Assembly (NCBI GenBank): GCA_031267915.1
Contig: JAIRYE010000006.1
Span: 76,032-140,031 of the forward strand
Length of the DNA stretch: 64,000 bases
Source: Puniceicoccales bacterium
GTDB lineage: Bacteria; Verrucomicrobiota; Verrucomicrobiia; Opitutales; JAIRKQ01
Direction of reading: 5' to 3'
The translations under genes and the position numbers were made by a program. Positions 48,470 through 57,788 of this stretch are shown in pieces. Each line of letters starts with the position of its first letter. The first letter of the stretch is position 1. The notes below the pieces were generated by a model. The model was not told the origin of the DNA. It was given only the letters and a program-made list of their open reading frames with translations, and did no database searches.

Positions 48470-49846
48470 ATGTTTGAGAAAATTCTAATAGCGAACCGTG
48501 GGGAAATTGCACTGCGGGTGGTTCGTGCGTGCCGCGAACTTGGAATAAAAACGGTCGCCGTCTACTCCGAAGTGGATGACCAGTCGCTGCATGTTCAACT
48601 TGCGGATGAGGCCATTTGCATAGGAGCTGCAGCCAGTTCCGACAGCTATCTTCGTGCAGATAGAATTTTCAGTGCGGCGGAAATTACAAACGTGGATGCC
48701 ATACACCCCGGCTACGGATTTCTATCAGAAAATGCCACATTTGCAGAGCAATGCCTGGACTGCAACATCGCATTTGTCGGTCCTCTGCCAAAAACAATCG
48801 CCCAGATGGGGAATAAGTCCATTGCAAAAAGCGTCGCCAGGAGCGTTCGCGTCCCATGTGTTCCGGGCAGTGATGAGGTGATGGACAACGAGCTGGAAGC
48901 AAAGAAACTGGCGGGTTTCATTGGCTATCCAGTTATTATAAAGGCAGCTGCGGGAGGAGGAGGGAAGGGAATGCGCTTGGTTAACAACTCAGTTTCCTTT
49001 TGCAAAGAATATAAAATGGCTCGCTCGGAGGCGGAAAAAGCCTTTGGCGACGGAAGTGTCTACATTGAAAAATTTATAGAGGAACCACACCACATAGAGT
49101 TTCAGATTTTAGCGGACAAGTATGGCAATATAATTCATTTGTTTGATCGGGATTGTTCCATTCAAAGGCGCTATCAAAAGCTGGTGGAGGAGGCCCCATC
49201 TCCCTTCCTGTCGAAAAAATTACGCGATGAAATGGGCCATGCTGCCATAAAAATTGCCAGAAAATGCAACTATCAGAATGCTGGAACCGTTGAGTTTCTG
49301 GTGGACAAGCATGGACACTATTATTTTATAGAAATGAACGCCAGACTGCAAGTTGAACACGGAGTTACTGAGCAGATAACAGGGTTGGACATTGTAAAAT
49401 GGCAGCTGCTAATTGCGGCGGGGGAAAAGTTAACCATCGAGCAAAAGGATGTGAAAATATGCGGCCATGCCATCGAATGCAGAATTAATGCCGAAGATCC
49501 CATTAAAAATTTCACTCCCTTCCCCGGGGAGATAACACTGTACTATTCTCCCGGCGGGCATGGAATTCGCATCGATTCGCATGTTTACGCTGGATATAAA
49601 ATTCCCCCAAACTATGACAGCATGGTGGCGAAGCTGATAACCTTTGGAAAAACCAGAGAGATCGCAATTAGCAAGATGCACAGTGCTCTCAGTGAATACC
49701 TTGTGCGTGGAGTAAAAACAACCATTTCATTCCTGCGGGCGATAATGATGGACAAGGGCTACATTGCCGGTAATTATACAACGAAATTTGTGGAGGATTT
49801 TCTTGAAAGAACCCCGGTTGATGCATTAAACTTTAAAAATTGTTAA
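48470..49846 (+). CDS. accC: acetyl-CoA carboxylase biotin carboxylase subunit
   Basis: It begins [17 protein letters not shown], contains an ATP-grasp domain, and has the [10 protein letters not shown] motif. Confidence 0.95.
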   Translation: MFEKILIANRGEIALRVVRACRELGIKTVAVYSEVDDQSLHVQLADEAICIGAAASSDSYLRADRIFSAAEITNVDAIHPGYGFLSENATFAEQCLDCNIAFVGPLPKTIAQMGNKSIAKSVARSVRVPCVPGSDEVMDNELEAKKLAGFIGYPVIIKAAAGGGGKGMRLVNNSVSFCKEYKMARSEAEKAFGDGSVYIEKFIEEPHHIEFQILADKYGNIIHLFDRDCSIQRRYQKLVEEAPSPFLSKKLRDEMGHAAIKIARKCNYQNAGTVEFLVDKHGHYYFIEMNARLQVEHGVTEQITGLDIVKWQLLIAAGEKLTIEQKDVKICGHAIECRINAEDPIKNFTPFPGEITLYYSPGGHGIRIDSHVYAGYKIPPNYDSMVAKLITFGKTREIAISKMHSALSEYLVRGVKTTISFLRAIMMDKGYIAGNYTTKFVEDFLERTPVDALNFKNC

Positions 49847-49851
49847 ATATT

Positions 49852-50304
49852 ATGGCTAAAGAAAAAGTTGAAAAAAAAGAAAAAGACACCTCTTTTTCCA
49901 TTCCAATTGTTTCCGACGACTCCGCATGTTCAATGGGAGAAGTGAAGGTAAATCATTCTGTGATCGCCAACATTGCAACGCTTGGTGCTATGCAAGTGGA
50001 GGGCGTTCTGGGAATTGGCAAGCGGGGTTTTGCAAACGGACTTGTTTCGTTTTTTTCCAGCAAAAAACCAACCAGCAACGGAGTTAATATTTCCGAGGAT
50101 GAGTTTGGGAACTACATCATAGATATTTGCGTTCGACTGAAATTCGGGTGCGAACTTTCAAAAGTTGCATCAGGCATTCAGCAAAGCGTGGCTGAACACA
50201 TCACAAAAATGACAGCCACCGGCGTGAGTAAGGTAAATGTCATAATCGACAGCGTTGAAATAGGAACGAATGAGAAACAGAACTCAGTGAAAGGTGAGTC
50301 ATGA
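49852..50304 (+). CDS. Asp23/Gls24-family envelope stress protein
   Basis: The sequence KVNHSVIANIATLGAMQVEGVLGI ... is the Asp23 (DUF322) pattern. The start was moved to MAKEKVEKK. Confidence 0.8.
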   Translation: MAKEKVEKKEKDTSFSIPIVSDDSACSMGEVKVNHSVIANIATLGAMQVEGVLGIGKRGFANGLVSFFSSKKPTSNGVNISEDEFGNYIIDICVRLKFGCELSKVASGIQQSVAEHITKMTATGVSKVNVIIDSVEIGTNEKQNSVKGES

Positions 50305-50807
50305 GAAAATTTTTAGAAAACTTGCACATGCCGTCCCTTGACTGTCGGCTGGTTAGAGGCGGTTATGTCCTCTGCGGAATAGTACTGTGCTGCATTCTCT
50401 ACCTCCTAATCTGTAGAAACAGGCGAATACTAATAGTAAAAGGAGAGGATGGTTCCGTTTTGCTGGCCAGGAGTGCCCTTCGGGAAATGATTGCATCCAT
50501 TGCCGGAGACATTGGCATTTCAAGTAAAATTTGCACGAAAATTAAATGTTCCCATGGGCAAATATTCATCGACGTAATGATTCGCACCGGTAGCTGGCAA
50601 AATCTATCGCAAGTTTCCAGTTCCCTACAAAAAAGGTTGTTTGATGCCCTGGTTACCCACATCGGGCTAGCAGCAATCAAAAAGATCAATGTTGTCGTTG
50701 TTGGATTTCGCCTCCCCAAAAGGATTTGCGCCAGAGAGCAATTCCAAACAGACAATGATAAGGTGAGCGGCAGCTGCTACTTCGACGGCAGGCAGAGCGA
50801 AGAATAG
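50301..50807 (+). CDS. membrane protein, possibly an AmaP-like anchor for the Asp23 protein
   Basis: 168 aa with a single N-terminal TM segment (GGYVLCGIVLCCILYLLIC). It is translationally coupled (ATGA) to the Asp23 gene. The assignment rests on context only. Confidence 0.4.
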   Translation: MRKFLENLHMPSLDCRLVRGGYVLCGIVLCCILYLLICRNRRILIVKGEDGSVLLARSALREMIASIAGDIGISSKICTKIKCSHGQIFIDVMIRTGSWQNLSQVSSSLQKRLFDALVTHIGLAAIKKINVVVVGFRLPKRICAREQFQTDNDKVSGSCYFDGRQSEE

Positions 50808-50822
50808 GCGATTGCTTTTCGA

Positions 50823-51704
50823 ATGAATTTACATTATGCCAGGAATTCGATCGCTAGCGGGGCGGGGGCGGTCCATTTTACCAAGTATCATGCTCTGGGT
50901 AATAGTTATCTGTTCCTGGATGCGTCGGAGTTTCAACTGCCAGCTAGTGCCGGAATAAGAAAAATTTGCGACGGAAATTTTGGTCTGGGTTCCGACGGAC
51001 TTCTCCACGGGGGAAAAATTTGCGATGGAAATTTTTCCCTGCGGATATTTAATCCGGACGGCAGTGAAGCGGAAATAAGCGGCAATGGCCTTCGAATTTT
51101 TTCCCGTGCCATGTTTGATCTGGGTCATGTTTCCGCCGGTGGGGAATTTTTTGTTAAAACAGCAAAAAAAAATGTCGCATGCAAAGTTATTTCCACTGGC
51201 GAAATCGAGGTTGACATGGGATTTCCCATGTTCCGCGATGGCAATATCCCTTTCTTCGGGGAAGGATCATTTCCGTTGGCGGCGAACGGGAAAAGCTACG
51301 AGTGCTACCCTGTGTCGATGGGAAATCCGCACTGCGTGATTTTTACGGCTGAGTTGAGTTCCGATGAGGTGAGGACATCGGGAAAAATTTTGGAACAGAA
51401 TCAAATGTTTCCGGAGAGAACCAATGTGGAATTTGCCAAAGTCATTGACCGCGGCAGCATTGAAGTTGAAATTTGGGAACGCGGGACTGGATATACCCTC
51501 GCATGCGGCTCGGGAGCATGTGCAGTATTTGCCGTGGCAAAAAAATTAGACCTTTGTTCCGATCATGCCGAAATTCAAATGCCGGGGGGAAGTCTGAGGT
51601 TGAAAATGCTCAGCAATGGAAGTATCATCCAGACTGGGCCGGTCGAAAGGATAGCAAGCTGCTGTGTCGATGACATGTACCTTGGCTCCCTGGAAAAAAA
51701 ATGA
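50823..51704 (+). CDS. dapF: diaminopimelate epimerase homologue with Ser in place of the first catalytic Cys
   Basis: The DapF fold motifs are FTKYHALGNSY.F.D, NPDGSEAEISGNGLR (canonical NxDGSxxxxCGNGxR), GNPHCV and ERGTGYTLACGSGACA (second Cys retained). Confidence 0.75.
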   Translation: MNLHYARNSIASGAGAVHFTKYHALGNSYLFLDASEFQLPASAGIRKICDGNFGLGSDGLLHGGKICDGNFSLRIFNPDGSEAEISGNGLRIFSRAMFDLGHVSAGGEFFVKTAKKNVACKVISTGEIEVDMGFPMFRDGNIPFFGEGSFPLAANGKSYECYPVSMGNPHCVIFTAELSSDEVRTSGKILEQNQMFPERTNVEFAKVIDRGSIEVEIWERGTGYTLACGSGACAVFAVAKKLDLCSDHAEIQMPGGSLRLKMLSNGSIIQTGPVERIASCCVDDMYLGSLEKK

Positions 51705-51724
51705 GCGAACCTTTCGCTTCGCTC
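51701..51724 (+). terminator. hairpin at the dapF stop codon
   Basis: The sequence is TGAGCGAA-cctttcgc-TTCGCTCA (8-bp stem). Only a weak T-rich tract follows. Confidence 0.35.
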
Positions 51725-51824
51725 ATTCAATATTTATCAAACTAAATCTAACATTAGAGCTGCTATGCTCTATACGGGGTAAGACTCCGCAAATGTGAAT
51801 TCGTTCAAAAAAATGAAAATATTC

Positions 51825-52121
51825 CTATTTTTTTATCGCGCTGAACATTTCTAGCATTCTTTCGGTCACATAGTATCCGCTGACAACATTGACTGTGGCG
51901 AAGACCACCGCAAGGAATCCACAGATTGCAACAATCATCGAATTTCCAGTGTTTCCCAGGGTCAGAATTGCACCGATTAGCGTAATGCCAGAAACGGCAT
52001 TTGACCCGGACATCAGGGGTGTGTGCAGCTGGGATGGAACCCTGGAAATTAGCTCAAATCCCAGGAAGCCTGCCAGAATAAAAATGAATACCATTGCCGA
52101 TAAATCCACACCTCTATCCAA
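51825..52121 (-). CDS. pntAB: NAD(P) transhydrogenase subunit alpha part 2 (PntAB), without neighbouring pntAA or pntB
   Basis: 98-aa protein with three TM segments and the sequence ...LHTPLMSGSNAVSGITLIGAIL..., characteristic of the small PntA membrane subunit. Confidence 0.7.
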   Translation of the reverse strand: MDRGVDLSAMVFIFILAGFLGFELISRVPSQLHTPLMSGSNAVSGITLIGAILTLGNTGNSMIVAICGFLAVVFATVNVVSGYYVTERMLEMFSAIKK

Positions 52122-52139
52122 GTGGAAAATTTGTCACTG

Positions 52140-52586
52140 TCAACTGCGTAATTCAAGCTCGGCAAGGAAATCCTGCAAAATTATCATGGCTGCCTGAGAG
52201 TCCAGCGAGCCTCGTCGCCGCTCCTTTTTTTTCCTGCTGGCTGACTGCCGCCCGTGAAATAATTTCGATGTGCCAATCGCCTGCTCACTGGTTAGTCGTT
52301 CGTCCATGCGGGCAATTTGCACGCCACTGGGTAATTTGCTTGCTAGTTTTTCCACAAATTTGTCCACTTCTTTTGCCATGTCTCCAGCGGTTCCGTCCAT
52401 ATTCAGGGGATATCCAATGGCGATGCCATCGATTGCGTTTTGCTCAACAATTCTGAGAATTTTATCGATTTTTCCCCCATCGTTTTCCGAAATTATGGCG
52501 TCCATGGGCAGGATAATTCCAACCTTTCCAAGGCAAATGCTAACTCCTACTTTCTTGCGTCCGTAGTCTATGCCGAGGTAATTCAC
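52140..52586 (-). CDS. ruvX: Holliday-junction-resolvase-like nuclease RuvX (YqgF)
   Basis: It has YLGIDYGRKKVGVSI ... AIGYPLNMDGT ... DERLTSEQA, the YqgF pattern. Confidence 0.85.
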   Translation of the reverse strand: MNYLGIDYGRKKVGVSICLGKVGIILPMDAIISENDGGKIDKILRIVEQNAIDGIAIGYPLNMDGTAGDMAKEVDKFVEKLASKLPSGVQIARMDERLTSEQAIGTSKLFHGRQSASRKKKERRRGSLDSQAAMIILQDFLAELELRS

Positions 52587-52682
52587 TGGGCGAATATCAA
52601 AAGATCTTTGAAAGTTATCAATTAAATTTATTGATTTATCGAAATTCTTGTGTAATAGTCTTTACTCTGTTCTTTATAGTTT

Positions 52683-53061
52683 GGGGGTGCCATGGATTCG
52701 ACCGTGTATTATAGAATAACACTGCATGTCGAAGTTGACGGTTGGCTTCGTTATCAAACCGTTAAAATATTAAATGGCAATAATGTCATAAATGTTGACT
52801 TCAGCAATGAAGTCAGCGTAGCCGCCTAGTTTAAGGTGGCACATCGCGTTGCCTGATGCTCGGTGGGGCAAATGCGGTGTCGACTTATCGAGCGTTCATG
52901 TGGTACTGCGTGGCATGCCCTGTGAACTACCTGTGTCACGCTAGCTGCGGCACAGCATGTCGGTGTGCGGTGTTGCGGCGAGATTAAATCGCCGGACAAG
53001 CGTGTAGATGTGTTTTTTGAAGATATATGGGACGCGGGTTCAATTCCCGCCACCTCCACCA
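52683..53061 (+). ncRNA. ssrA: tmRNA (SsrA), tag ORF 52776..52829 encoding (A)GNNVINVDFSNEVSVAA
   Basis: The 5' end GGGGGTGCCATGGATTCGAC pairs with the 3' end ...GGACGCGGGTTCAATTCCCGCCACCTCCACCA. This gives a 7-bp acceptor stem, a T-arm and CCA. The internal tag frame ends in VAA-TAG. Confidence 0.9.
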
Positions 53062-53259
53062 GAATTCACCAGAAATTTGTATTTTCGTGGTTACGCATAG
53101 GAAATTTTGTCTTTCCCCTGGGAAGCAAATTTTTCAGTGGTAGCCAGATGTTTTTGGAGATATTTCAGTTATTATTTTTCGTAAAATTTATAGAAAAGTG
53201 AGAAATTTTTTTCAATTTGTGTTGATTGAAATATCCAATTAGTTACATGTGTCACTGCA

Positions 53260-54279
53260 ATGAGCCTCAGTGATTCCAGCACAATTCTAGTAACCGGTGG
53301 AGCAGGCTTCATTGGAAGTGCTCTGATTAGTGAACTTAATAGCCGTGGATTTGAAAATATCCTGGCTGCAGATTTTCTAGAGAGTGACAATAAATTTCTC
53401 AATCTTGTTCCGCTGAGATTCAGTGACTATGTGGAAGCGGACTCATTGCTTTCGATGGTGGAAAAAAATGATTCCATGCTCGGCGGCGTTACACATATTT
53501 TTCACCTGGGAGCGTGTTCGTCGACAATAGAATCTGATAATTCCTATCTGCTGAAAAATAACTACGAGTATACTAAAGCACTGGCTCACTTCGCGAATAG
53601 AAAAAACATTCGCTTCGTATATGCTTCCTCGGCAGCGACCTACGGAGATGGTTCCTGCGGAATGTCTGATCAAAATTCGAATGTGGATCTGCGTCCGCTG
53701 AACATGTACGCCTATTCCAAGCATTTGTTTGATTTGTATGCTGCGAAAAATAATTTACACTGCTACGGCATAAAATATTTCAACATTTTCGGGCCAAATG
53801 AATACCACAAAGGGAACATGAGGAGCATGGTACTCAAAGCCTACGAATCCATTTCCACGGGCGGAAAAATTTCTCTGTTCAAAAGTGAAAATAGTGCCTA
53901 CGCAGACGGCGAGCAGAAGCGAGATTTCCTCTATGTGAAGGATGCCGTCGCGATGACGATATTTCTGGGAGAAATCTCCGAGAGTATTGGTGGAAAGTCC
54001 ACCCATGGGATTTATAATGCAGGATCGGGAATAGCATCCAGCTGGAAAGAATTGGTGACTCCAGTTTTTGAAGCGCTGAATCTCCCCATTCACATAGAGT
54101 ATGTGGACATGCCAGAGAGCTTGAGAAGCAAGTATCAGTACTACACCTGCGCAAATATCTCCAAAATTCGCAGTGCCGGATACTCTGAAAATATTACGCC
54201 TCTCAGAGATGCGGTAACCGATTATGTAAAAAATTATCTGATGCAGGGGATGAAGAATTTATCTCCAAATACTCTCTGA
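53260..54279 (+). CDS. hldD: ADP-L-glycero-D-manno-heptose 6-epimerase
   Basis: It is collinear with E. coli HldD/RfaD: VTGGAGFIGS, GACSST, YASSAATYG, YAYSK, YFNIFGPNEYHKGNMRS and KRDFLYVKD. Confidence 0.85.
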   Translation: MSLSDSSTILVTGGAGFIGSALISELNSRGFENILAADFLESDNKFLNLVPLRFSDYVEADSLLSMVEKNDSMLGGVTHIFHLGACSSTIESDNSYLLKNNYEYTKALAHFANRKNIRFVYASSAATYGDGSCGMSDQNSNVDLRPLNMYAYSKHLFDLYAAKNNLHCYGIKYFNIFGPNEYHKGNMRSMVLKAYESISTGGKISLFKSENSAYADGEQKRDFLYVKDAVAMTIFLGEISESIGGKSTHGIYNAGSGIASSWKELVTPVFEALNLPIHIEYVDMPESLRSKYQYYTCANISKIRSAGYSENITPLRDAVTDYVKNYLMQGMKNLSPNTL

Positions 54280-54351
54280 GCATTTTTTAATATATATATA
54301 TTTTTTTTTGGATTGAAATCACAAAAATATTCATCTATAGCGTAGTCTATC

Positions 54352-55388
54352 ATGGAAACATATCAAAACATTTCTTCTGAAAATACAAGTCAGCAGCCGT
54401 ATGCGTTGCAAACTCATCAAGACTCGGAATCATCCAATTCGTTTTCCAACCATGTGATTAATTCGAATACCCCGCCGCTCTTGAATAAAATCCTTCAATA
54501 TTTTCCACATCCAATCCGTTTTTCAACCATGCGATTAGTCAAGACTCGGAATCATCCAGTTCGTTTTCCAACCATGTGATTAATTCGACCCCGCCGCTCT
54601 TGAATAATCCTTCAATATTTTCCACATCCAATCCGTTTTTCAGACATGCGATTAGTCAAAACTCGGAATCATCTAGTTCCGTGTTTCCCCAGAATTTCCA
54701 AAACTCATGTCAGCCGTTTTGGGGTTTAGGTAATTCATTGCATAATTCATTGCATTTGGATTCCAAATTCAGAGAAAAGAAAAATAACGACGATGGCAAC
54801 CATGTCAGATACAGCGCCATTGATGTTGATAATATCCATGACGATGACGACACGGACGACGATGGTATTTCCTCAAAAAAATTGGACGATGAAAGTCTTC
54901 TAGATCTTATGCTTGAGATGAATCAATCTCAGGTAATGCCAATAAGCCAAAGACTCGAGGCTGCCGAAAAAAAAGGTAAGGTGCCGAAAATGGCGACGCT
55001 GCTGGAGAATATTTTTTCGAATAAAAAATACGCCAGGTTAGATGTTAAAACAGGTGACGGAAAAGATACAAATCTAGCGAGTCTAACCTCGCAGCGCGAG
55101 GCAGTAAAGTTTTTGAAAGGTCTCCCTCTGGCAAAATGCACACGAATTTTCACATATCTCGAAAAGAATAGTATTTATTCCAATCCGCTATACTTAATTT
55201 GCTCAGTAAATAATGACGCGATCATTTCTGAAGTTGCCAGGATGCTCAGTGCTTTTGATAATCCAAGCAAAAAAAAGTGTTTGGATATTTTAAGGAGAAT
55301 TGAAAATAGTAGAAGAAGCATGCGGGCAGAAACTCCAACCAAAGCACAGCTGGGATTAATTAGGGATGCTCTGAGGATAAACCATTAG
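54352..55388 (+). pseudogene. repeat-containing orphan gene split by a 2-nt indel (track ORFs 54352..54579 and 54576..55388)
   Basis: The two ORFs are adjacent frames of one reading frame. Repeat copy 1 has ttgaatAAAAtcc where copy 2 has ttgaatAAtcc. Removing AA fuses them into a ~344-aa protein (QDSESS.SFSNHVINS.TPPLLNNPSIFSTSNPFF.HAIS x2.3, followed by an acidic and then a basic C-terminal domain). Confidence 0.5.
54418..54690. repeat. about 2.3 copies of a 117/122-bp tandem repeat inside the orphan gene
   Basis: Copies start at 54418, 54540 and 54657 (caaRactcggaatcatc...). Copy 1 is 122 bp and copy 2 is 117 bp, differing by a 3-nt and a 2-nt indel. Confidence 0.85.
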
Positions 55389-55437
55389 GCCTGCCAAAGA
55401 TATTTTTAATTATCTCGAAAGATGCTGCTCCGCTTCG

Positions 55438-55670
55438 ATGGAAGTTTTCCTTCGAAATTAGGGGTGATTTTTGGCGGAATTTACGGGCATTGCGCGGGAG
55501 AGAATTTGTCTCCAAAAATTCAATGACCGGCGGAGGCTCGAATTCTGGAACTTCAATGGAAGTTTTTCCAGCTCCGGTGTAATTTTCCAGGAATTTAGGG
55601 GCATTGCGCGGGAGGGAGAATTTATCTCCAAAAATTCAATGACCGGAGGGAACTCTTCCCTAGCTACTTC
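55438..55670. repeat. non-coding 2 x ~115-bp tandem repeat upstream of dnaK
   Basis: The conserved cores are ggaatttaSgggcattgcgcgggag(gg)agaatttRtctccaaaaattcaatgaccgg at 55476-55536 and 55590-55650. Each contains an inverted repeat (GGAGA-N5/7-TCTCC). Indels break both overlapping ORFs. Confidence 0.75.
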
Positions 55671-55741
55671 GCCCATTGGCGCAAAGCAGATCTTCCGGCC
55701 GCTTTGTTTTTCGCAGTTGATTTGTGCCTCAGATACTGCTT

Positions 55742-55757
55742 TGGCATGAAATTTGCT
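55742..55757 (+). promoter_or_regulatory. candidate sigma-54 (-24/-12) promoter of dnaK
   Basis: The sequence TGGCATGAAATTTGCT compares with the consensus TGGCACG-N4-TTGCW. GG and GC are correctly spaced and there is one mismatch. The element lies 40 nt upstream of the dnaK ATG. Confidence 0.45.
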
Positions 55758-55796
55758 ACAGTATTTTCCACATATAAAATTCGTAACTGGTGAATT

Positions 55797-57746
55797 ATGA
55801 GTAGCAAAAAATCAAAAATTTTAGGTATCGATTTGGGAACGACAAATTCGTGTATGGCAATCATGGAGGGCGGCGAAGCAGTTGTTATTCCCAATGCTGA
55901 AGGGGCACGCACAACGCCTTCCGTTGTAGCTTTCACAAAAACAGGCGAACGAGTAGTCGGGCAGGCGGCGAAGCGGCAGGCAGTTACAAACCCCAAAAAC
56001 ACAATTTTTTCGGCAAAGCGGCTGATCGGCCATAAGCTTGGAGAAATTCAGAGCATAGTAAAAAATTTGCCATACAAGGTTGTGGAAGGCTCCAATGGAG
56101 ATGCTTGGATTGAGTGCCAGGTTGGAAGTAAGACGGAAAAATTTTCTCCGGAGCAAATTTCTTCGATGATTTTGGCAAAATTGAAATCAGATGCCGAAAC
56201 CTATTTGGGATGCCCGATTACACAGGCAGTAATTACGGTGCCGGCGTATTTCAACGATTCCCAGCGGCAGGCAACGAAGGATGCCGGGAAAATTGCTGGC
56301 CTCGAGGTTCTGCGCATTATAAATGAGCCAACTGCAGCATCTTTGGCCTATGGACTAGACAAAAAGAAAGATGAGAAAATTGCTGTTTATGACCTGGGCG
56401 GTGGAACATTCGATATTTCAATCTTAGAAATTGGAGATGGCGTTTTCGAAGTAAAAGCCACCAATGGAGACACTTTGCTCGGTGGAGATGACTGGGATAA
56501 AAAACTCATCGATTGGCTAGCGGATACATTTCAAAGGGAAAACGGCATTGATTTGAGGCAGGATCCGATGGCTGCGCAGCGTCTGAAAGAAGAAGCCGAA
56601 AAGGCAAAGATAGCATTGTCTTCTGCCCAGCAGGTGGATATCAATCTGCCATTTATTACCGCCGATGCCAGCGGCCCGAAGCATCTGAATATTTCGCTGA
56701 GCCGTTCACAATTGGAAAAAATTTGTGACGATCTGTATCAGCGCACACTCGGTCCATGCAAAAACTGTCTGAGTGACGCGGGAATTAGCACTTCCGATAT
56801 CTCGGAGCTAGTCCTCGTCGGAGGAATGACGCGCGCTCCGAAGGTTATTGAGATAGCCAGAGGTTTGGTTGGCAAAACTCCGCACCAGGGAGTAAACCCC
56901 GATGAAGTCGTTGCCATTGGAGCGGCCATTCAGGGTGGTGTTTTGCAGGGGGAAGTGACCGACGTTCTTCTTCTGGATGTGACTCCACTCACACTTGGCA
57001 TTGAAACTGCTGGTGCCGTGGCAACTCCAATGATCGAGCGCAATACGACTATTCCCACAAAGAAAACACAAATATTTTCCACCTACGCAGAAAATCAAAC
57101 GGCGGTGGATATTCAAGTGCTGCAGGGGGAACGGCCAATGGCTCGTGATAACAAACTGCTCGGGCAATTTCGCCTGGATGGAATCCCACTAGCTCCCAGA
57201 GGAATGCCACAGATTGAAGTCACATTCGACATCGATGCCAACGGTATTCTCCACGTAACAGCGAAGGACAAGGGAACGGGAAAAGATCAGAAAATTACCA
57301 TTACAAGTGCTTCCGGTCTGTCCGATGAAGAGGTGGAAAAATTGAGGAAGGAAGCGGAAGCTCACGCCGAAGAGGATAAAAAACGCAGGGAAGCCGTTGA
57401 GGAACGCAATCAGTTGGATAACTTTATATATCAAACGGAAAAACAACTGAAAGAATTGGGAGGCAATCTCACGGAGGAAAAGAAAAAACCGCTAGAAGAT
57501 GCCATAGCGGAGGCCAAAAAGGTTTACGAAAACAATGATGCGAAGACGGATGAGCTGAAGTCTGCCCGTGAAAAACTAACAACGATTTTTCAGGGAATGG
57601 CTCAGGATTTATATTCACAGGCGCAAACTGCTCAATCTAATTCGAATGTGCAGCCCGATGGGAGTAATCCTCAACCGGAAGGTGAACAGAAGAAAAATGA
57701 TAAGGTCGTGGATGCCGATTTTGAAGTTGTGAACGATGGAAAATGA
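55797..57746 (+). CDS. dnaK: molecular chaperone DnaK (Hsp70)
   Basis: It has [17 protein letters not shown] and [12 protein letters not shown]. The 649-aa protein shows full-length Hsp70 collinearity. Confidence 0.97.
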   Translation: MSSKKSKILGIDLGTTNSCMAIMEGGEAVVIPNAEGARTTPSVVAFTKTGERVVGQAAKRQAVTNPKNTIFSAKRLIGHKLGEIQSIVKNLPYKVVEGSNGDAWIECQVGSKTEKFSPEQISSMILAKLKSDAETYLGCPITQAVITVPAYFNDSQRQATKDAGKIAGLEVLRIINEPTAASLAYGLDKKKDEKIAVYDLGGGTFDISILEIGDGVFEVKATNGDTLLGGDDWDKKLIDWLADTFQRENGIDLRQDPMAAQRLKEEAEKAKIALSSAQQVDINLPFITADASGPKHLNISLSRSQLEKICDDLYQRTLGPCKNCLSDAGISTSDISELVLVGGMTRAPKVIEIARGLVGKTPHQGVNPDEVVAIGAAIQGGVLQGEVTDVLLLDVTPLTLGIETAGAVATPMIERNTTIPTKKTQIFSTYAENQTAVDIQVLQGERPMARDNKLLGQFRLDGIPLAPRGMPQIEVTFDIDANGILHVTAKDKGTGKDQKITITSASGLSDEEVEKLRKEAEAHAEEDKKRREAVEERNQLDNFIYQTEKQLKELGGNLTEEKKKPLEDAIAEAKKVYENNDAKTDELKSAREKLTTIFQGMAQDLYSQAQTAQSNSNVQPDGSNPQPEGEQKKNDKVVDADFEVVNDGK

Positions 57747-57788
57747 AAGTTGGGACATTTAATTTTTCAACAATTATGTTAATAAGTT

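Noticed and set aside
52826-53201. ORFs 52826-53059 (-) and 52965-53201 (+)
   Set aside because: Both overlap the tmRNA gene, whose acceptor and T-arm structure explains the sequence.
55438-55749. The tandem repeat upstream of dnaK considered as a CRISPR array or as coding (ORFs 55471-55749 + and 55458-55676 -)
   Set aside because: There are only two long (~115 bp) diverged copies with no repeat-spacer architecture. Indels between the copies shift both candidate frames, so the repeat is not translated consistently.
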